Part shown: positions 58,625 to 64,000 of the stretch, one piece after another | How positions within the stretch are numbered: position 1 is the first letter of the stretch | Layout of the letters: each line of letters opens with the position of its first letter | Origin: an uncultured Hormoscilla sp. | GTDB taxonomy: Bacteria; Cyanobacteriota; Cyanobacteriia; Cyanobacteriales; Desertifilaceae | DNA length: 64,000 nt | NCBI GenBank assembly: GCA_963921275.4 | Contig: OZ001293.3 | Location: forward strand, 1,408,001 to 1,472,000 | Direction of reading: 5' to 3' | The notes under the pieces: generated by a model | What the model saw: the letters and a program-made list of their open reading frames with translations, nothing else | What the model was told of the DNA's origin: nothing | The model's database searches: none | Translations under genes and position numbers: made by a program

Positions 58625-59821
58625 GTGGTTGCTACAGCAGAACAACAGCAAGTAGTCTCGCCCAACTCACAGCCAGGCAGCGATTGCGCTGCGCGCACGC
58701 TACGCGAACGGGTTGCCGTGCTGCTGATGGGCTATGGTGAGGTGGAAAGCTACGATGATTTTGCCAATTATAACGAACAAGCCTTAAATCTGCTCACGGC
58801 CAAGTTTGCCCCAGTTCCCACCTGGATCTATCCCCCCCTAGCCAAGCTACTGGCCATGTTTGACTTGCATGAGTGGAATCACCGGCATGGTAACTTTATT
58901 TCGCCCCACAATGCAATTTTTGAGCGGCAGCGGGCGGGCATTGAAGGGCATCTTCAGTCCAAATGGGGAGAAAAGGTGCAACTCTTCAAAGCATTCAACT
59001 TCTGCGCCCCCTTTCTCCCCGCACAGGTTTTAGCAGAAATCAAAACCCAAGGATTTGACAAGCTGCTGATTTATCCCCTGCTGGTTGTGGATTCCATCTT
59101 CACCAGTGGCATTGCCGTCGAACAGGTAAATAATGCCCTGGCCCAGTTGACAGACTCCGGCCTAGAACATTGGGTCAAAAGACAGCGTTACATTCCCTCA
59201 TTTTACAACGAACCGGACTACATTAACCTGCTGGCCCAGCTAGTTTCCGAGAAAATCGATCGGGAACTGGCAGTTGCCCACTTGCCATCGCAAACAGGTA
59301 TAGTATTGATGAATCATGGCTGTCCGCACAAGGCCAAAGGATTCACTTCTGGGATTACTGAAAGTCAGGTACTCTACGATTTAGTCCGAGAACAGCTGAT
59401 TTATAAGTATCCGCTGATTTCGATCGGTTGGCTCAACCACGATACACCTTTAATTGAATGGACGCAACCGAATGTGAAGTTAGCGGCGGAAAACTTAATC
59501 CAACTGGGGGCGACAGCGGTTGTGTTTATGCCCATTGGTTTTGCCACAGAGAACCACGAAACCTTGCTGGATGTGGACCACATTATACATGCCTTGCAGC
59601 ACCAGCATCGGGAGGTTAAGTACGTGCAGATGGAATGCGTTAACGACCATCCCGAGTTTTTGCGGATGGCAGCAGAGTGGGCAAATCCCCAGATTGAGGC
59701 ATTATTATCAGAAAATGCCTTGGCTGTCAATCCGCAATTAGCAGCAGCAGGAAATGGTCACCACCATCATCATCACCACGACCATGACCATCATCATCAC
59801 GACCATGACCATCATCATTAG
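58625..59821 (+). CDS. second ferrochelatase-like (class II chelatase) protein with His-rich tail
   Basis: LLMGYGE, MNHG, PIGFATENHETLLD; C-terminal poly-His/Asp; 8-aa insertion near the N-terminus. Confidence 0.8.
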   Translation: MVATAEQQQVVSPNSQPGSDCAARTLRERVAVLLMGYGEVESYDDFANYNEQALNLLTAKFAPVPTWIYPPLAKLLAMFDLHEWNHRHGNFISPHNAIFERQRAGIEGHLQSKWGEKVQLFKAFNFCAPFLPAQVLAEIKTQGFDKLLIYPLLVVDSIFTSGIAVEQVNNALAQLTDSGLEHWVKRQRYIPSFYNEPDYINLLAQLVSEKIDRELAVAHLPSQTGIVLMNHGCPHKAKGFTSGITESQVLYDLVREQLIYKYPLISIGWLNHDTPLIEWTQPNVKLAAENLIQLGATAVVFMPIGFATENHETLLDVDHIIHALQHQHREVKYVQMECVNDHPEFLRMAAEWANPQIEALLSENALAVNPQLAAAGNGHHHHHHHDHDHHHHDHDHHH

Positions 59822-59882
59822 GGTACTCGTGGTATAATAAGCAGTAGGGTGGGCATCGCCCACCTTCGCAATTAGCTATAAT

Positions 59883-60131
59883 TTGCAATTTGAGAGTTAT
59901 AATTATCAACTGTTGCAGCGGATCACGATCGATCAGAATATCTGCCACGGCAAACCCTGCATCCGGGGAATGCGCTATCCAGTAGAATGTATCCTGGAAT
60001 TGCTCTCGTCTGGCATGAGTATCGATGAAATTATCTCCGACTACGATGATTTGGAACGGGATGACATTCTCGCCGTTTTGCTGTTTGCCACTAGGCTGAC
60101 TCAAGTAAAAAGCATCTACAAAGTAGTATAA
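59883..60131 (+). CDS. DUF433 antitoxin-like protein
   Basis: ITIDQNICHGKPCIRGMR...DI motif. Confidence 0.8.
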   Translation: MQFESYNYQLLQRITIDQNICHGKPCIRGMRYPVECILELLSSGMSIDEIISDYDDLERDDILAVLLFATRLTQVKSIYKVV

Positions 60132-60483
60132 TGAAGTTTTTGATAGATGCACAGTTGCCAGTCGGTCTAGCCCGTCCGCTGCAATTGACTGGTTATGATA
60201 CGATTCACACCAAATATTTACTCTTGCAAAACCAAACTACCGATGTAGAAATTAACGCTATATAAATCCAGAGAAACTGAATTTTATCTCCAAATACAGA
60301 GATTTTTTTGAGTCGTTTATGATTTGCCAAGAACCAGATATGCTGTTGTTATTGACTACAGGCAAGATCGATAACATAGAACTGGTAGAGTTATTTATAA
60401 ATAACATACCACGGTTAGTTGAACTGTTCCAAGAATATTCGTTTATAGAAATGAATCGCAGTACAATTATCGTTCATCAGTAG
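60131..60483 (+). pseudogene. DUF5615 PIN-like toxin, disrupted
   Basis: MKFLIDAQLP...GYDTIH start, then internal stop and frameshift. Confidence 0.75.
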
Positions 60484-60599
60484 GTCGCTCGCTGTCTGGA
60501 CTGGATGGCGCAAATGCTTTGGCATCACATAGGCGATCGTAATGATTAATAGTTAGTCGCAATTGACAATTCGTAATAAACAATTCGCAAAGGGGGACG

Positions 60600-60960
60600 G
60601 TGACTCGCAAACGGTTAATTATCGTTCCGGGGGATGGGAGTAGACCAGCACGGACAAGACCCGACGGTGGCAGCAGCAAGGGCGGTAAGCAATGCTATTG
60701 CTCATAATGCCTTGCCTGGGGTTTGGGAAGTGGCCAGTTTAAGTCACCCCGATCGCATGATTGTGGAAGTGCTCTTGTTCCTTTCCGGGAACTAGTGCGG
60801 TCAGCAGAAGTGCTGGAAGTCCTGCCGCAATGGTGCGCAAAACCATCGCAGTCGAGTCTGGGGGTATGGTAGTTCGGTCGAGCAATTCCCGAACTCAATG
60901 ATAAAAATGACGAAAAGTTAATCGCGGTTGCAGCTGTTACCGTTATAGTGGATAATGAGG
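60600..60960 (+). pseudogene. Lin0512-like protein, fragmented
   Basis: TRKRLII, AAARAVSNAIAHNALPG, LIAVAAVTV segments in different frames. Confidence 0.65.
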
Positions 60961-60991
60961 ATACATAGCATTTAACAGCAGGAGGATCGTA

Positions 60992-61465
60992 ATGGTTCAA
61001 GAAGTATGGCAACAACCGGAAATCATTACTTGGAGTCAGCTGCTACTGGACAGCTACGAGAAGCTGCTAGGACATCAACTGATAGAAAGGAAGGGCAATG
61101 CCCAAGCACAGGCACAAGCACTCTTCTTTGCTCCCTTAGTAGTAGCATCTCATGGGACAGAAGCAGATCCTATATTAAATTATAGCAACCAAAAAGCTCT
61201 CGATCTCTGGGAGATGACATGGGATAATTTTACCAAAACCCCATCCAGGATGACTGCGGAACCGGTGAACAGAGAAGATCGTAAAAAAATGCTCGCCCAG
61301 GCAGCTAAACAAGGGTTTCTTGATAATTATCGGGGAGTGCGGATTACTAGTACAGGAAAACGTTTCCTAATTGAAAAAGCAATAGTATGGAATTTATTTG
61401 AGGAGCGAGATCGGCCCTGTGATCAAGGGGCTACTTTCTCGAAATGGTATTTCTTAAATGACTAA
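60992..61465 (+). CDS. MEKHLA domain protein
   Basis: SHGTEADPILNY, PSRMTAE, YRGVRITSTGKRF. Confidence 0.88.
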   Translation: MVQEVWQQPEIITWSQLLLDSYEKLLGHQLIERKGNAQAQAQALFFAPLVVASHGTEADPILNYSNQKALDLWEMTWDNFTKTPSRMTAEPVNREDRKKMLAQAAKQGFLDNYRGVRITSTGKRFLIEKAIVWNLFEERDRPCDQGATFSKWYFLND

Positions 61466-61513
61466 AAACAGCTTGGAGAAGTTGTGAAGGTTGAAATTGC
61501 CGGAGATGAACAA

Positions 61514-62340
61514 ATGAAAGATAAGAAGAACAAAGTTGCAGTGGTAACAGGTGAGAGTTCGGGCATAGGCAGATCGACCAAGCTTTTGCCGAGAAAGGGG
61601 CAAAAGTAGTTATTGCCAGTCGCAGGGTGAAGGAGAGTGAAGAAACGGTACAATTGGTGCAAGAGGCGGGGAGTGAAGCGATTTTTGTCCAAACTGATGT
61701 CAGTCAGGCGAATGAAGTGGAAAATTTAATTAGTCAGGCAGTAGAAACCTATGGTCGCATTGATTACGCTTTCAATAATGCTTGAGGGAAAACGAAGTTC
61801 AATCATTGAACAAAGTGAGTCGGACTGGAATGAAGTGATCGATATAAATCTTAAGAATACTTGGTTATCGATGAAATATCAAATAGCTGTGTCTCCTGGG
61901 TAGTGCGATTAGCGCTCCCAGGAGACACAGCAGTAGATGCTTTCGATGTCTGAGGGATGCAACGCAGGCAACCCCTCAGACATCGAAGCAGGGTCAAGGG
62001 GCGATAGTTAATAATATTTCCAGCACTGATAGGATCTCGTGTTTCTTGCATTTATGGTGCTAGCAAACATGGTGCGATCGGGTTGACAAAAAGCCTTGCC
62101 ATAGAGTATGCTAATGCGGGCATTAGAATTAATGCTGTCTGTCCTGCTGGCATAGACACAGATATGTTTGATCGTCTGTGGGGCAGTAATAAAGCTGAGT
62201 TGGCAGCTAAACATCCGATCGGACGTATTGGCACGAAGAAGTGGATAAGGCAGTAGTATGGTTGTGTTCTGATGCAGCTAGCTTTATAACTGGTCATTCC
62301 CTGGTGATTGACGGTGTTTTTACTATACAGTAGAAAAGAG
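61514..62340 (+). pseudogene. short-chain dehydrogenase/reductase, fragmented
   Basis: [30 protein letters not shown]; two hairpin insertions. Confidence 0.8.
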
Positions 62341-62364
62341 GATAAAAGAGGTCGATCGCCTGTT

Positions 62365-62720
62365 ATGAGTGAGAAACAAACTGGAACCACCGATATGGTT
62401 GGTCCCCTTAGAGTCACGAGATTGCACGGGAAGCGATCGAATCGTGGATGCCGGTTTGGGAATGGTTTTATCACTACTATTTTCGGGTGAAAAGCTCAGG
62501 TTGGCATTACATCCCCACTGAGTCAAGGGTTTTGTTCGTGGGTTCCCATAATGGGGGACTAGCGGCTCCCGATATAGTCATATGATGTATGATTTGTTCC
62601 GTCGCTTTGGTACGTCTCGTCCAGTCTACGGTTTGCTGCACTCCCATGTTTGGAAGGTTTATCAACCACTCTCTAAGTTAGCGGCCCAGATCGGGGCAAT
62701 TATGGCCCATCCGAGGTTAT
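62365..62720 (+). pseudogene. lysophospholipid/glycerol acyltransferase 5' fragment
   Basis: WFYHYYFRV, VGSHNGGLAAPD (HxxxxD-like), MMYD..RRFG; frameshifts, truncated. Confidence 0.65.
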
Positions 62721-62983
62721 TCGACCTAGATCGCGAAGTATTTCCCATTCAGGTTCATGTCAAATATCGCAAAGACACTTCCTCCTGATACATCTGTAAT
62801 TTGGTACAAGGCGCTTCTGCCCGATCGCTAAAGCGTGCCACGATTGCGCTGACGGTGTCTCCTGGGTAGTACGAATAGTGCTCCCAGGAGACGCCGAGCA
62901 CCGACAGGCTACCGGTCCTACGCGAACGAACGGGCAAGCGCTTTAGCTCTTATCTTACTACAAACGGGGGTTATACCTTAACC

Positions 62984-63319
62984 CTAATCACCTTGCTGAC
63001 CGAATAAATGGTCCAAGATGCGCCGATTTTCCACCTGCAATCCTCGAATCTCCAGTTGAATATCTCGAATCTCCTGTTTGATTTCTCGGATATCCTGTTT
63101 TGCATCTTGGATCTCAGAAACAATTACCTCAAAATTGCGCTGAAATTGGTTAGCTGTCTCGATCAGGCTACTGACTGCTAGCCTCATATCAATGAGCGCC
63201 GTTGTATTCTTCTCGATCTGCTGGCTGTTTGCCTCGATCTGCTGGCTGTTTGCCTCAAGGATTGCCTCTATCCTGTCCAACCGGTTTTCTATCTTGTCCC
63301 AGTTTTGTTCCTTGGTCAT
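62984..63319 (-). CDS. coiled-coil hypothetical protein
   Basis: heptad pattern, ENRRILDHL C-terminus, 21-bp internal duplication (EANSQQI). Confidence 0.65.
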   Translation of the reverse strand: MTKEQNWDKIENRLDRIEAILEANSQQIEANSQQIEKNTTALIDMRLAVSSLIETANQFQRNFEVIVSEIQDAKQDIREIKQEIRDIQLEIRGLQVENRRILDHLFGQQGD

Positions 63320-64000
63320 CTCCTTATTCCTCCACGATCGCTTTTCTTGATTCTACCTCAATCGCTGCTATCATCAGTTGAGCAAACCTTTTTCCTGAAC
63401 CCACCCTATTATTAGCTTTCATCAAGAAACACTGTTTATTTTTTGTCAATGTCTGGATTTTTGCGATCGCCTCACCATCGACACGGTTTCTGAGAAATGG
63501 GTGCATCTCCTAGAAGTAAATATACAATAAAGTGACAGGGGTTTTCCGGCGAGCGCCCACATTTATATACCACCCTATGGTTTTGTCTATTAATTTCTTC
63601 GATGTGCTCTGCACACGCTACTGCGCATGGCACAGCGCTGCAACGTTGCTCTTTTTATCTTTGCTCTTCAATGATATTCTTTTATTTATATAGTTTGATG
63701 ATTTATATAATTTTGATGATTTTGTAAAAAATTAAAAAAATGCCAAAATTTATGTTATGCTTAAGTTCTGGCTTGTTAGGCTATTCAGTCTATTTATGTA
63801 GGGATGCAATGGTTCGGAATCTTTACATTTATGGTGGGGATTGTTATCGCTAAGTAACTTGGGGGCGATTTGGGTGAGTGGAGAGCAGCAGGTAATAAAG
63901 GCGATCGCACTATCGGATAATGGTTGCGTAGTAACTTTGTGAGTGATAATGGATTGAAAAAAAATGCACAATTACAGTATTTCGATGTCCCCTGGGAGCA

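Overview
Cyanobacterial chromosome segment (frequent HIP1 GCGATCGC, cyanobacterial rrn operon with tRNA-Ile/tRNA-Ala spacer, hemH with CAB-like tail, PSRP-3, atpD-atpC). The genome is heavily eroded: many non-housekeeping genes carry stops, frameshifts or insertions. The dominant hidden feature, absent from the ORF track, is a family of seven ORF-less group IIB introns (1762-2596, 20599-22297 with a nested intron at 20685-21579, 26632-28449, 28761-29523, 43599-44497, 52565-53507). Each has different exon-binding sites (EBS) that mostly pair with its own flanks. The nested intron's EBS1/EBS2 are complementary to a conserved domain I hairpin present in all seven copies, including itself. Also present: IS982, IS50-like IS4, IS630, ISL3, IS5 and TnpB remnants, three MITEs, GTAG-type REPs, a set of 40-55 nt hairpin mini-insertions that nest in one another, and a 1274-bp tandem duplication. 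All calls were made by eye from the sequence; no searches were run.
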